From positions 9,982,001 through 10,046,000 of the forward strand of contig NW_027266341.1 in assembly GCF_022045235.1 (NCBI RefSeq): a stretch of 64,000 nt of DNA, in the 5' to 3' direction. How positions within the stretch are numbered: the first letter of the stretch is position 1; each line of letters opens with the position of its first letter. Source of the stretch: Haliotis cracherodii (taxonomy: Eukaryota). A program made the position numbers and the translations under genes. The notes beneath the pieces are model-generated. The model was not told the origin of the DNA. It was given only the letters and a program-made list of their open reading frames with translations, and did no database searches. Positions 24,901-37,518 of the stretch are shown piece by piece.

Positions 24901-27900
24901 AAACCCTGAATCTGAAAATTATGAATAGACCAGTAAGCTTATTCTAATAATAACATCGAAATCAAATCTATGGAAAATGATTCTTACAGCAAAACTAGTA
25001 GATGTAAAAGATTTTGGAATAGACTGGTCAAGTCTTCAAGATATTTAATCCCTGGACCCTCGGCCAACATCACTCACGAATGGCCATCCCACAGTGTGTT
25101 CCACCCGACCAGGACGATGTTTCTCTGGCTCTACTTCCCACAATTCCTTCAGGCCGATACCATACGTCTGAGGCTGACAGTCTTTCCGCAGATCAAAATG
25201 CTTGTACAGCTGCTTGGCAAGATGTCCGTGACAACCTTCCCCAAACATGGTCACCTTCGCATGCAGCTCCATACCTCGTTCGAATGTTTCCTAGGCAGAA
25301 GCGGGGATGGGATGCATGCAAGTTCAATGACGTACTCATAGTGTGGCAGGAAACGCTAACATTTGCTTGTTTGTTTGTCTGCAATATTCCAGCTATATGA
25401 CAGCGGTATGTAAATAATCGAGTCTGGACCAGACAATCCAGTGATTGACATCATCAGGATACGATGACATGCATCAACCAAGTCAAGACAACCCGGATCC
25501 CATTAGTCGCCTCTTAAGCATGTTAAGACTAGCTTAGTTACCTTTTACGGCAAGCATTGGTTGCTGAAGACCTATTCTACCCCAGATCTTCACGCTAACA
25601 ATGAGTTTCACATGTGCTACCATGCTCGGTACGATCTGAATTTTACAACATTAAAGTTCTGAGTGATGCAATTCCATGGTCACATTAAAAAGTCACATGA
25701 TACCAGAGATTTGGAAGCCTTTAGGTATCACTCAATGACAACCTTCAAATGACAATGATCATTGTAAAGCCAGGCAACATCATAATCAGCACAAGATGAT
25801 TAAAACCATCAAATAAGACAAGCATGCCCCATCAACCTTACTTTGGGTGATCCGTCCTTGTAGATGCCGACATCATTTGTGGCAATACCCTTCACACTGC
25901 CATCTTCATGAAACAGCACCTGCATGCAAGTACAAGGTATGATGAAATCAACGGTAAAGTTACTGACAACCACATCCTTCTAACAAGCTTCACTTCCTAC
26001 CAGAAAGTAAGGCTGCACAAATATTCTAAATGTAGTTAAATTTAAATCTCGGTCAACTTCATTTAAAGGGAGGTAACTTCATAGCATTAAGTAAATCATT
26101 TTTATCCTTCCGTTTAACTAACTTGGACGGGCTGGGACGTAACTTGACGTAACTTGGGTACTCAGGTCGGGAGGGTACCGAGTAGGACCCGGGTACTCAT
26201 AGTACTACCCGGACCCGTGGTTAGTCTCATGACATAGAGTTTAATGACAAAGATTATCTAGAACTCCATGGTTTCACTGCAAGTCACTGATGAGACCATT
26301 TCTTTCAGACTATGTACCCATCCCTTCTGACTTTTATATGTTTGAAGAAAGATAACTTTCTATCAACTTCAATGTATGCATGACCGGATCACTTTTTATG
26401 TGTGGCGAAATACTTTGTGCCAGGGCTCCGGACAAATTATTTCCAATTGAACATTTTGTACCCAACTCTTGCAGCTACAATGGGTCGGGTAATAGAGTTT
26501 TGGGTACCCGGGTAGTAAAGTTGGCCCCAAAAGCTAGTATACTGACCTCACTGGCAGCATATCCTGGGTAGATCTCCACCCCCAATTCCTCTGCTTGTTC
26601 TCCGAGCCACCTGACCACGTTGCCAAGACGGACGATGTAGTTACCATGGTTATAGATGGTCATTCCTGGAGCAAAAGCACTGCATTTTATGATCACCTGC
26701 ACATCATGATGGACAACAACAGAGAACATTAAGAACAACATACATTCATCTTTAAATACCATATGGTGTTTATGCAGCTTAGGTTTATCAGCAATATCAA
26801 AGCAGGAGACGGTGGCCAGTAATTAGTCAAATCTGGACCAGACAATCCATTGATTGTTATAATGAGCAACAATTTACACTGATGACACGCCATCATTGAT
26901 TAAGTTGCATCTTGCGACCAGCATAGCTTGCGGGGACCCGTTCTAACCCGGAATCCCCTTGGGGAGACCTGCATAGTTTGCGGGGACCAGTTCTCACCCG
27001 GAATCCCCTTGGGGAGACCAGCATAGTTTGCGGGGACCAGTTCTCACCCGGAATCCCCTTGGGTAGACCAGCATAGGCTGCGGGGACCAGTTCTAACCTT
27101 GAATACCCATGAGGAGACCAGCATAATTTGCGGGGACCAGTTCTCACCCGGAATCCCCATGGGGAGACCAGCATAGATTGTGGGGGACCAGTTCTAACCC
27201 GGAATCCCCATGGGGAGACCAGCATAGGCTGCGGGGACCAGTTCTAACCCGGAATCCCCATGGGGAGACCAGCATAGGCTGCGGGGACCAGTTCTAACCT
27301 GGAATCCCCATGAGGAAATCAACATAGATTGTGGGGGACTAGTTCTAACCCGGATTCCCATGAGGAGACCAACATAGGTTGTGGGGGAGTAGTTCTAACC
27401 CGGAATCCCCATGAGGAGACCAACATAAGTTGTGTGGGACCAGTTCTAACCCAGAATCCCTAAGGGGAGACCAGCATAGGTTGTGGGCGACCGGTTCTAA
27501 CCCGGAATCCCCACAAAGGGTCCATTCAATGATGATCCAGACTCACTTGAGTCATATCGCTGAGAAACAGTATGTTGTTTCATTTTATTGCCTTAACTAT
27601 CAATAGCAAAGTGTTGAAACAAGGTCAGCTACTGATACTATGAAACTATGTATTGCAATCATGCCATGGACAAACGCAATGCATAGATAGATCGATTAGT
27701 TGTTACACCCCCAACATACAATAAGCATGAAGGATCCTTGCATCAAAGTATTGTAACTGATCAGTCACAGGAATATTGTTAAAAGCAACTATACTTAAAA
27801 AGGACTAATCATTTACTTTGCTATTTGGTTTGGTCAAAAGCAAACCTTGAGATGGAGTTGTCCATTCAGAGAAAATGTTCAAATTTAACAATAATCAGTA

Positions 27901-30900
27901 GTGCCTCCCAAAGTGCCTCGCCATCTGCTGGCCTCTTGAAAATGTAGATATTTAATTCCAACTACAAAACTTGTTTTTGCACATACTTGGCCAGAGTCAC
28001 TGAAGTGCACATTAAATCACTTTGCATGGACAGAGTGTCACCATCGTCACATAATGTCTTTCTTTAGGTGAGTTTAAAGTTCTTTGATAACAAAAAGGGC
28101 ACAAAATGTTTTAAAACCGATCTAAAATGCACTAACTGAATTCCAACACAGAGTTGGGGAAACTGAAACTGAACCCTCGACAATCAGCAGAAACAAAAGG
28201 TCACCGTGACTCTCTCAATCTCCATACTTTTACATAGACAGAGCATAGCTATAGCATTGCTGGGTGAAATAAAGCCCAGGACCGAACTCCTGTCTATTAT
28301 TGATTATATATTATTACCTGGTAATACTGGAATGGGGATGCGCCCCTTCTCTGTGAGGAATGCAAAGGAGTCTTCTGTTACAGGGGTATGGAAGGGGGCC
28401 TGAAAATGGCATAACAAATATCTTAATCATAATAAGAGTATATACATACAACATGTATGTGTTTTTAATAGTGATTGGCTGGATATTTTCAGTCAGCATG
28501 CAAAGGAATTGACATTCAGGATAATGAAATGTAGTTCATAAAATGATTGATCTAGGCACAGAATTACTCTCCCTCATGACTTTGATATCAACAACCAGTT
28601 AAAGAGTGTCTTTTGAAAGAGATTTCAGCATCGATCTGATAGCATGAGGCTAAATCCTAAGACAGGGGGTGTTAACTCACCCCGATCTCAAAGACGTCAC
28701 TGATAACATGGGTCTTAATCCTATGACGGGTTGTTTAAATGTTAACTCTTCCCCCTCTCAAGGTCATCTAACAGATAGCATGGGTCTAAATCCTATGACA
28801 GGTTGTTAACTCACCCCCCTCTCAAGGTCATCTGATAACATGGGTCTAAATCCTATGACGGGTTGTTAAGTTAACTCACCCCCTCTAAAGGTAATCTAAC
28901 TGATAACATGGGTCTAAATCTTATGATGGGTTGTTAACTCACCCCCCTCTCAAGGTCATCTAACTGATAATATGGGTCTAAATCTTATGATGGGTTGTTA
29001 ACTCACCCCCTCTAAAGGTCATCTAACTGATAACATGGATCTAAATCTTATGATGGGTTGTTAACTCACCCCCCTCTCAAGGTCATCTAACTGATAACAT
29101 GGATCTAAATCTTATGACGGGTTGTTAACTCACCCCCCTCTCAAGGTCATCTAACTGATAACATGGGTCTAAATCTTATGACGGGTTGATAACTCACCCC
29201 CCTCTCAAGGTCATCTAATTGATAACATGGGTCTAAATCTTATACCGGGTTGTTAACTCACCCCCCCCTCAAGGTCATCTAACTGATAACATGGATCTAA
29301 ATCTTATAACGGGTTGTTAACTCACCCCCTCTCAAGGTCATCTAACTGATAACATGGGTCTAAATCTTATGACAGGTTGTTAGCTCACCCCCCTCTCAAA
29401 GTCATCTAACTGATAACATGGGTCTAAATCTTATGACGGGTTGTTAACTCACAAGGTCATCTAACTGGATCTAAATCTTATGACGGGTTGTTAACTCACC
29501 CCCCTCTCAGGGTCATCTGACTGATAACATGGATCTAAATCTTATGACGGGTTGTTAACTCACCCCCCTCTCAAGGTCATCTAACTGATAACATGGATCT
29601 AAATCTTATGACGGGTTGTTAACTCACCCCCCTCTCAAGGTCATCTAACTGATAACATGGATCTAAATCTTATGACGGGTTGTTAACTCACCCCCCTCTC
29701 AAGGTCATCTAACTGATTACATGGGTCTAAATCTTATGACGGGTTGTTAACTCACCCCCCTCTCAAGGTAGTCTGGAAAGAGTTCACTAATAGCATGGGG
29801 CTCCACACAGGCCCCAGACAATATGTGCCCACCTGGAAAAAGGAAAAATTGATTTTTTTCCAGACAGAATTATTTGCAAGCCTAAACTTTGCATTAATTC
29901 TAACACTGATTATGACAACAATAGATTTTATCAAAGCATATTTCATTTAAAAATGTTTAATCAAAATGTTCGACTCTTCTTGTAATTGCTTGAGTACTGC
30001 TGGCTTTTAATAGTACAAAACTGTATCAAAGAAATAAACTTTTTGATCTGACGAACCAATTTCTGCTGCCTTCTCCACCAAACACACACGGAGTTCCTTC
30101 CCCTGCTCGTTGGCCATCTGTTTGAGGCGACAGGCAGCTGACAACCCTGATGGCCCTCCACCCACGATGACAACATCAGCCTCATCTGCGAAGCGCTCCA
30201 TGTCCACATCTTCAGGGAAAAGGACAGTAATTTTTAGTGAAACGTCAGTATTTTTCAAAAAATGATGAAATAGTGAATTATGTTTCATGCTGCAGTTAGG
30301 AACATTCAAACTCTGTAACGGGAGTGGTCTATTATAAATTCTTGGTGAGGAACACAAAGACCGATCCATGCATGAGAAAGAAAGCAAGAGAGAAGTTCTC
30401 TACAATCTATATGCTCCAGAATTCAGTCCAAAGATTACAACCCGTGAAGATCGGGGTAGAATAGGTCTTCAGCAACCCATGCTTGCCGTAAAAGGCGACT
30501 ATGCTTGTCGTAAGCGGCAATTAACAGGATTGGGTGGTCAGGCAAGCTGACTTGGTTAAAGCATGTCATCGTATCACAATTGCGTGGATCGATGCTCATG
30601 ATATCAATCACTGGATTGTCTGGTCCAGACTCAATTATTTACAGACCGCTGTCATATAGCTGGAATATTGCTGAGTGCGGCGTAAAACAACAAACCAACC
30701 AAAGATTACAATCGCATTAGAACGGTTTACAACATATTTACACATAATACATACACATTCAAAGAGCATCGGTGGAGCGACACTCAATCTGCCAGTCATC
30801 ACATTACAACTACATGTATCAGATACTCATTAAGCATCTTAATATGAGCCCCGAATCACATACGTTTAAATTTCTGCTACTATCATTATATAAAACTAAG

Positions 30901-33900
30901 AGATGAGTAAAATTCAAAACGTCTTTCATGTCACATCAAATATTTGCCCTCTTAAACTTAAAGCTTAATTAGCATGGAAAGCATATTGAGTTATCAATAG
31001 TTAGAGACAAGCTGAGTCCTGATAATAGACTTCCATCTGATGTTGACTGGACTGTCTTGAAACCCAACTCAAGTTGGCAAACCATAAGCTTGCTATCATG
31101 ATCTTAAAATATGCAAATGATGTCAACTAGCCATGCTAGAAGAAATTACATTTAATCAGCTCCATATATCAATACATGGCCTACTTGCAGTAAAAGCTAC
31201 TGTCACCTGCAGAGGTTTTTCTCTGTATGAGTCCTTATGTAAACATGGCTGCAAATCAACTGGCACTGTATGATAAATGGGGCAGTTAACTAAGACATGG
31301 TATTCCTTCAGTTACCTAGCTGAATGAAACTATGGCTTCAACAATCAGTTCCTCATGACTGTAGGAAACAGGTGTTTGTACAAGGCTGATATCATGTATG
31401 TACTTGTATGTGTTGTAAACATGGTTAAGTGAATTTAGAAACAAATAAAGGAAATGTTTTCTCGGACCAGGCAGGTCACTTTAGATCCTGCACGATAGTC
31501 ATTATTATTGCTTCTAAAAATATATTTGTCAAATTCCCTGCTTCATATGAAATGTATGAAGCATATTATCATGTTATTATAAGAGAACGTTACAAAAATC
31601 CAAATTTTGGATAACAAATATTTTTTTCAAAATTTGGCCAACCATAAACATGATAAAAAACTTAGTTGAAAATCCTGGCTATCCCATGTATTTTGCTTGC
31701 CAAAAACCCATTTCAAATGCCTAATTCAATTATTATTCCAAATGCATTACATTTACAAAATAAAAACACTCAGATTACAAGTACTTAATGTCATTATTGT
31801 ACCTATCAGCATGATCAGACAAACCTTTCAGAGACCTCAAAGAAACTCAAAAGTGACCTGCCAAGACCCGAGAAACATTTCCTTGTTTCTATAGCCTTAC
31901 AACATGTACAATAACATACATGATATCCATCTTGTACATGTCGTGTTGACACTAACACGTTCCTGACAACCATGATAATGAAAACCTGCCACCAGGAATA
32001 AGTATGTGGCTGACCTTTCCACCTTGGATCCTTGTCTCGAGGATGGATGGTATAGTGTGTGGTGATGCGAGGTGTTGTCTGTGATGAGTATGCACGACTC
32101 TGGTACAAACACTGACGCACAAGACGAGCTGAAATCAACAAGACATGAGTCACACAATAACACTATAGTGAGTGAGTGAGTGAGTTGGGTTTAACGCCAC
32201 TTTTAACATTATTCCAGTTATATCGCGGCGTGTCAGCTTAATGTGGGAGGAAAGCCCGAAGTGATGCAGGTCTCAGACGTTTACCACTTCGTTGAAACCC
32301 ACCAGCACGGGTATGGTGCTGACAAACCTAGAAACATAATCGGGGCGAACCGGGATTCGAACCTACAATCAATAACACTAGAACCATGATAAAACTGTAA
32401 GCTCCACCATCAATTTTCAATCACAACATCAATTTGAAGAGACATTTCACAGTGGAATGAATACTGTTTCTAGATCAGTGTTCAATACTGTTCAAGGTGT
32501 GGGGATTATCTCCTTATTTGGAGCACAATGATAACAGACATCATATAGGTAGGAATTAAATTCCAACATGTCAAAATTTAAGTAGTTTCTGTTGGAATGG
32601 TTATCTCAACATGCTCAACTAATAGTAATTTTGGTTGGGATTATCATGATCAGTGGAGTAGTTCCAGTTGCTAATGCTGTCAACTAATGCTGTCTGTGCC
32701 ATAAAATAATCCAACCTGGCTCTTGGCTGCATCATAATCATTTCATTAGATTTCTAAGTTCAGTTTACCAAACATAATTTTACTAGACTCAGACTTCAGG
32801 CTAATGTTGGGAGCACTGTCAAAATCATGTCTCAGGCAAGAGTGCCTGTTCCATTTGTCCACTGATTCCTATCAATAATAGGCTTACTGTGAATGACAGT
32901 TTAGGCGATGTTGCAATGTAATTCAAGTAAGTCAGTGCATAGTATTAAAATGCCTTTCATGTATTTAACATGATAAGGATTAAAAAGAAGTCCAACAATA
33001 CACATTCTGGGGGTAAAGAAGTGAGCCCATGCAATATACATGTATTACTATTAGGGCCAAAGAAGTCACTTCACACAATATTAGAGCTAAAAAAATCTCT
33101 GGAAGCAACAATAAGCTATAAGGCAGGTAAATCGACATTAAAATACAGAAATTTAGAAATTGGCACTAGTCCTCTAGTCCTTACCAAACTGCCCAACTGA
33201 TAAGATATCACGGGGACTAGCAGAAATGTGATATTTTTAAGGGTTTTGCTATATGTTATCATTATAAGGACTAGCTCGTGGACTAAAAATGTTAGTTTCT
33301 ACTGCTGTAAATATGACCTTCATTGCTCAGGAAGTAGATTTTGCTATTTCCCGCTCAATTTCCTGTGCACATACACAAAATGGCTGTAGGCATCCCGATA
33401 TTCTAGTAATTAATTAAACTATAGAAGTTGGGATAGACATCAGTTATATAACTTATGTAAGTTATATAAGTTATATAACTTGTGTCAGAGTACACTTGCT
33501 ACACTAACATACAACAAACAGAAAACCTATTCATGTTGCTAAAGCTTAAAATACACTGGAATGCAGACTTGTGATATCAATGTGACAGTGTACAATGTTT
33601 CTAGTGGGTAAGAGATGCAATCACTAAAATTTTAGTGATTGGCAGCAATTATTATCATCCCTTTCAGGCATAATTTGTTATCAGATATTGCAACATTCCG
33701 TCATGGTGTATCAGGAAAAGGAAGAGAAATATCCTTCCATCCACCTTCATAAAATCCAAAGGTTCCACAAGACGCTGTACTCTGTCACGTCTACTTGTTA
33801 TTGTCATTGGACTTTGACCGGAATATTCATACAGTGAAGCACTGTTCGTTACTAGGATTACTGTAAACTCGTAATTTTTAGGATAAAGGTAGTTCAAAAA

Positions 33901-34039
33901 CACGTGTTTTAAGCAATTCAAACTTTTGTCTGTCAGCATTTAACACGTTAATGCCACATACACAAACTGCATCACAGAAAGCGCAAAAGGTTTGTTTACC
34001 TGATGCCAAGACACGTCTGTAGCTTGTATAAGACGCCAT
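15989..34039 (-). CDS. ETFDH: Electron transfer flavoprotein-ubiquinone oxidoreductase, mitochondrial; complete, 14 coding exons, 610 aa
   Basis: Exons in transcript order: 34000-34039, 32015-32128, 30057-30209, 29756-29832, 28318-28399, 26547-26665, 25842-25919, 25078-25290, 24671-24745, 20746-20889, 19588-19756, 18705-18887, 17145-17366, 15989-16152. All introns are GT-AG with compatible phases; total 1833 nt. Motifs: FAD-binding [29 protein letters not shown], 4Fe-4S RFCPAG and [14 protein letters not shown]-terminus [10 protein letters not shown]. Confidence 0.97.
17476..17902 (-). mobile_element. hAT-type MITE in an ETFDH intron
   Basis: Same TIRs; 8-bp TSD GTCTGCAC (17468-17475 and 17903-17910). 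Another decayed copy at about 26128-26525. Confidence 0.92.
20152..20422 (-). mobile_element. SINE family D, full length, in an ETFDH intron
   Basis: 15-bp TSD TAAAGTAACCTTAAC (20137-20151 and 20423-20437). Confidence 0.9.
22000..23332 (-). mobile_element. Decayed DIRS-like retrotransposon (RT/RNase H remnant) in an ETFDH intron
   Basis: RNase H-like peptide [12 protein letters not shown]...ASGMWS...[14 protein letters not shown], typical of DIRS elements; perfect 30-bp inverted repeat at 22055-22084 and 23303-23332. Confidence 0.75.
24100..24614 (-). mobile_element. SINE family A with a local partial duplication
   Basis: SINE body segment occurs twice, each time preceded by TGAAGGAGCGTAGTGTACACAGGAC (about 24070 and 24248). 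Confidence 0.75.
26916..27515. repeat. 50-bp minisatellite (about 12 copies) derived from the family C 5' head
   Basis: Unit CGGGGACCAGTTCTAACCCGGAATCCCCATGGGGAGACCAGCATAGGCTG, period 50; adjoins a family C body at about 26790-26915. Confidence 0.92.
28640..29768. repeat. About 64-bp minisatellite (about 18 copies) containing the ETFDH exon-4 end and donor site
   Basis: Unit CTCACCCCCCTCTCAAGGTCATCTAACTGATAACATGGATCTAAATCTTATGACGGGTTGTTAA; the last unit overlaps the exon at 29756-29768. Confidence 0.95.
30441..30698 (+). mobile_element. Retroposon family C (SINE-like, non-tRNA head), full length
   Basis: 13-bp TSD CCAAAGATTACAA (30428-30440 and 30699-30711). Other copies at about 5415-5630, 18215-18475, 19070-19270, 25365-25594, 40292-40558, 43982-44242, 49420-49620, 57320-57592, 58936-59217 and 63197-63455. 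Confidence 0.9.
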
Positions 34040-36105
34040 TGTTATTTTCAGATGCGATGACGGCATGTTGATAAATGCTTAAATGAAAAACTATGTTTTC
34101 CTATAAATTATTGAAATTTATACACGAAAACTCTTTTCATAACGAATGTAAAGATGTTCAGTGTTATAACAATATTACGTGTTAAAAGTTGTTGCGATAC
34201 TGTATGTCGTAAACTGTCAGAGTTTTTTCCCTTGGGCCAACATTTTCATATTAATTTTCATAACTTAGCGGGTTAGTTGATTTGCACGCGTAAAGTATTA
34301 CTGGTGATGATTTTATCATTATTATTCTATTCTAAACTTATCTACTGAATGTGTTGTTTGTTTTGTGTTAGGTTCAATGACAAGAGTAATGTAGGTACGT
34401 GGAGGACTTCTAGGTTTGAAATGTGTGAACGTCCTTATTTGACGTATAAAAAATACACTGCTATGAAACCATTATTATGAAAAGTGTAAAACTTTGTTTA
34501 CGTTTTAATTGGGGTGGGGGATAGTGGGTTGGGGATCTTTCCGAGTCAGAATATATAATTTTATAAACAGTTTATTCACATAAATGTACTTGTTTCAAAT
34601 ATGAATAGCGCCATTTAGTTTTATTCTTTCATTTACTTGTTACAAAACACATTCAACCGGATAAATATGAGACGAAAAAAGTTAAACTGAATGGTTTTAA
34701 TGTTAATCTACTCAATCATTAATCCATTTATAAATACATGATAATCACTTCATTTTCATTTAATGTTGCATATTTTAAAAAATGTTTTCTTCTTTTGTTA
34801 ATCATCAATCACTTTGTACATACTATTTTGATACCCTCCGGGGCGATGGGGTAGCCTTGTGGTTAAAGTGTTCGCTCGTCAGAAGATACGGGTTCGATTC
34901 CCCGCAATGGTACAATGTGTGAAGCCCATTTCTGGTATTCCCCGGAACTGAAATACTGGAATATTGCCCAAACGGCGTAAAACTATACTCACTCACTTGA
35001 TAGACTACTCCTTACAACAAAGTAGTGGTTTTTAAAAATGGGTACTCTACATTGCTGTCGATCGAGTGAACTTAAGAATAAATATCATATATATGTTTTG
35101 AAGGGTGCAATGACATGACAAGGGGTTGCTTGCTTTCTGAAATTTAGATATTTTGTTCCACGCGCATTTGCGATATTGAGTTTACACGAATAATAAAGCT
35201 AACAGTAATTGTTAAGTAAGGGCAGGTAGATTATATATCATTTAACCCCAAACCCCACTACAAATATCGAAGGAGAAAAAAACTGAAACGAACAAACAAA
35301 AAAATAAAAATCGTCATTTGTATTTCATTATGTGTTTTTCATTTCAACAACCGGAATTTTGGAATTGTTTTGGTAAATCTTTTAAAAACATATGCCAACA
35401 AAAATTAATAAACATGAAATATGTTTGAATGAATGAATAATCATGGCAATCTCCGTACTGTGATTCAGCCACTCCAGTTCTCCACCATCCAATACCAGAC
35501 CTTGAGGGCAGCCCGAAGAGATGAAGGTCGCTGACAAGTATGGTGCATACAGACCAAGGATAGATTCAGGACAAATCAGGATTCGAACCCACGATTAGCA
35601 GATCCTGTCACGTTTAGGTAACGCAACTCTGTAATGCGGGCCATCAGTACCCCTGACTTTTGTACACATTCATGTGCTCCTTCTCAACTATAGAACTCAA
35701 TTTCCATTGCTTGTTCTAAAAACACAAAGGCCAGCAATTTTTAACAAATGTTTATTAAAAATATAGTGGCCGTATATGCCGTACATAAATAAAAAACAGA
35801 TATATGTTCATTTTCACGAGTGCGCCGTGCAATGCCGCTTTTCGTGCGTATATATATTTATTTAATACAAGATGTATTTGTAAACATTTTATGTATGAAA
35901 GAATATCGTTTATCACATGTTTGAAAAAATGAAAACTATAATAATATTATATACATATATATACTGCATCTGGAATTGTGCCTCACATACATTTAAAATA
36001 TAATGAGTATACAATTAAAACTCAGATCAATGTTCGACAAAGTTGGATTATTCAAATATCCTCTCCCTTTCGCTTGCGAAACAATAGTCTCTCTGGAGTC
36101 GCTGT

Positions 36106-36854
36106 TTATGTGACAACATAGGCCTTGTCGGCAGGGAACTTTTTCCCGAAGTTCTTCTCATACTTGTCTGCCTCGCTGGCGTAATACTCTGTTCTGTACA
36201 TCCAGATGGGAGGACAGCAGGCAGCGGACGGAACGTGGCTCTGGCCGTCGTTGTGGTAGTTGTTGGGGTTTGGCGGCGGGGGAATCAGGTCGTCCAGGAG
36301 GAAGGGCATGCTCGGGGGAGCCTGTCCTGGGTCCACATCCACCCATCTGACGAAAGGGTCATCCTCGGGGCCGTTGTAAGGTTCTGAACAAACACAGTCT
36401 ATTAACATCACATAGATCAAAAGAAATATTTACCTCATAAGCATCACGACGTAGGTGGATCCAGAGGGGGTCTCCCCGTTTGAAAACAAAATGTATGTTG
36501 CAGACCGCCCCCACCAAACACACACAAACACGCACGCATGCACACGCACCGGTACACACACACACACACACGGTGTGCCCCGTATATGTTTCTGGGTTTG
36601 TCTGGTCCATATACGTGCTGGTGGGTCTCACCAAAGTGGTAAACATCTGAGACCTGCATCACTTCGGGCTTTCTTCCCACATTAAGCTGACACGCCGTGA
36701 CATAACATAGCAACGTTAAACCCAATTCACTCTCTCACTTACTCACTCATTCGCCTGCCGAAATACAATGAGTAAAAGAGTCGCACTTACCCAGGGATTT
36801 CTTGAATTTCTTGATTTCATGTACCGCCATGGCGAGAAAGGTCAGAAATATCAT
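36106..36854 (-). CDS. Uncharacterised small protein, paralog A (113 aa), 2 coding exons
   Basis: Exons 36791-36854 and 36106-36383 (GT-AG, phase 1); putative non-coding exon with donor at 37161/37162; AATAAA at 35751-35756. Protein MIFLTFLAMAVHEIKKFKKSLEPYNGPEDDPFVRWVDVDPGQAPPSMPFLLDDLIPPPPNPNNYHNDGQSHVPSAACCPPIWMYRTEYYASEADKYEKNFGKKFPADKAYVVT. Exon structure, reading frame and stop position are shared with paralog B. Confidence 0.8.
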
Positions 36855-37244
36855 CTTGGTTTGAGGTTCTGGAAAACAACAACAACTTTAGAAAGGTATT
36901 TCGTTCTTCAAAGAATAACGAAATAAATAGACCGCCCTATATCCTTTTGGTATTTGTTCTGATGCTAGCATCTTCGATAATGGTCAATAAGACAGTATTT
37001 TGTTACACAGATAAAACTCTTATCAAAATATATTCTGACTGAAATATTAATTTCATTTTAACGCTACGTCAATAAATTTCAATTTGACCAAGATGAATAT
37101 GAAAGCACAGCTAAACAGTTAAGCCAACTGGCTCACAGCAACAAACGCGTCCATAGCTCACCTTTTCCAGATTAAAGGGTTCAGATTTCCCGCTCTGATG
37201 TACTTGTATGTCTGACAGCATCGACACCTTCAGCTGGTCTGATT

Positions 37245-37320
37245 GTTGTGACGTCATAATCAACGTCACATGACTCTACGTATCCACTTGGCCTGGCAGG
37301 CACATTGTGACGTCATACAG
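37245..37320 (-). promoter_or_regulatory. Paralog A upstream region: two CRE palindromes and an E-box-like site
   Basis: TGACGTCA at 37249-37256 and 37308-37315; GTCACATGAC at 37265-37274. The first CRE and the E-box align with the paralog B promoter. Confidence 0.55.
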
Positions 37321-37518
37321 TAAGTAAAGATCCCTCTCCCGATAGTGTAGAAATTTGTCTGTTTGATTTTATTTGTATAAAAGCGGTCTACAAAAGCCTA
37401 TATGGAGAAGCTATTTGACGTATATAGCCCTCCATGTGGTCGTGTACACCAAAAGTGGAAGTGTCCGCTACGAAGGGAAAGTTTAAATTTGTCATTCGGT
37501 CTAGCACTGTGATACATA

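Noticed and set aside
26893-27225. Repetitive 110-aa ORF; array superficially CRISPR-like
   Set aside because: Translation of a 50-bp minisatellite. There are no unique spacers or cas genes, and it lies in a eukaryotic intron.
36160-36215. Resemblance of PIWMYRTEYYASE to the Paf1 WMRKTEYISTE segment, and of LLDDL to paxillin LD motifs
   Set aside because: Too short to support homology without a profile search; the rest of the protein does not match.
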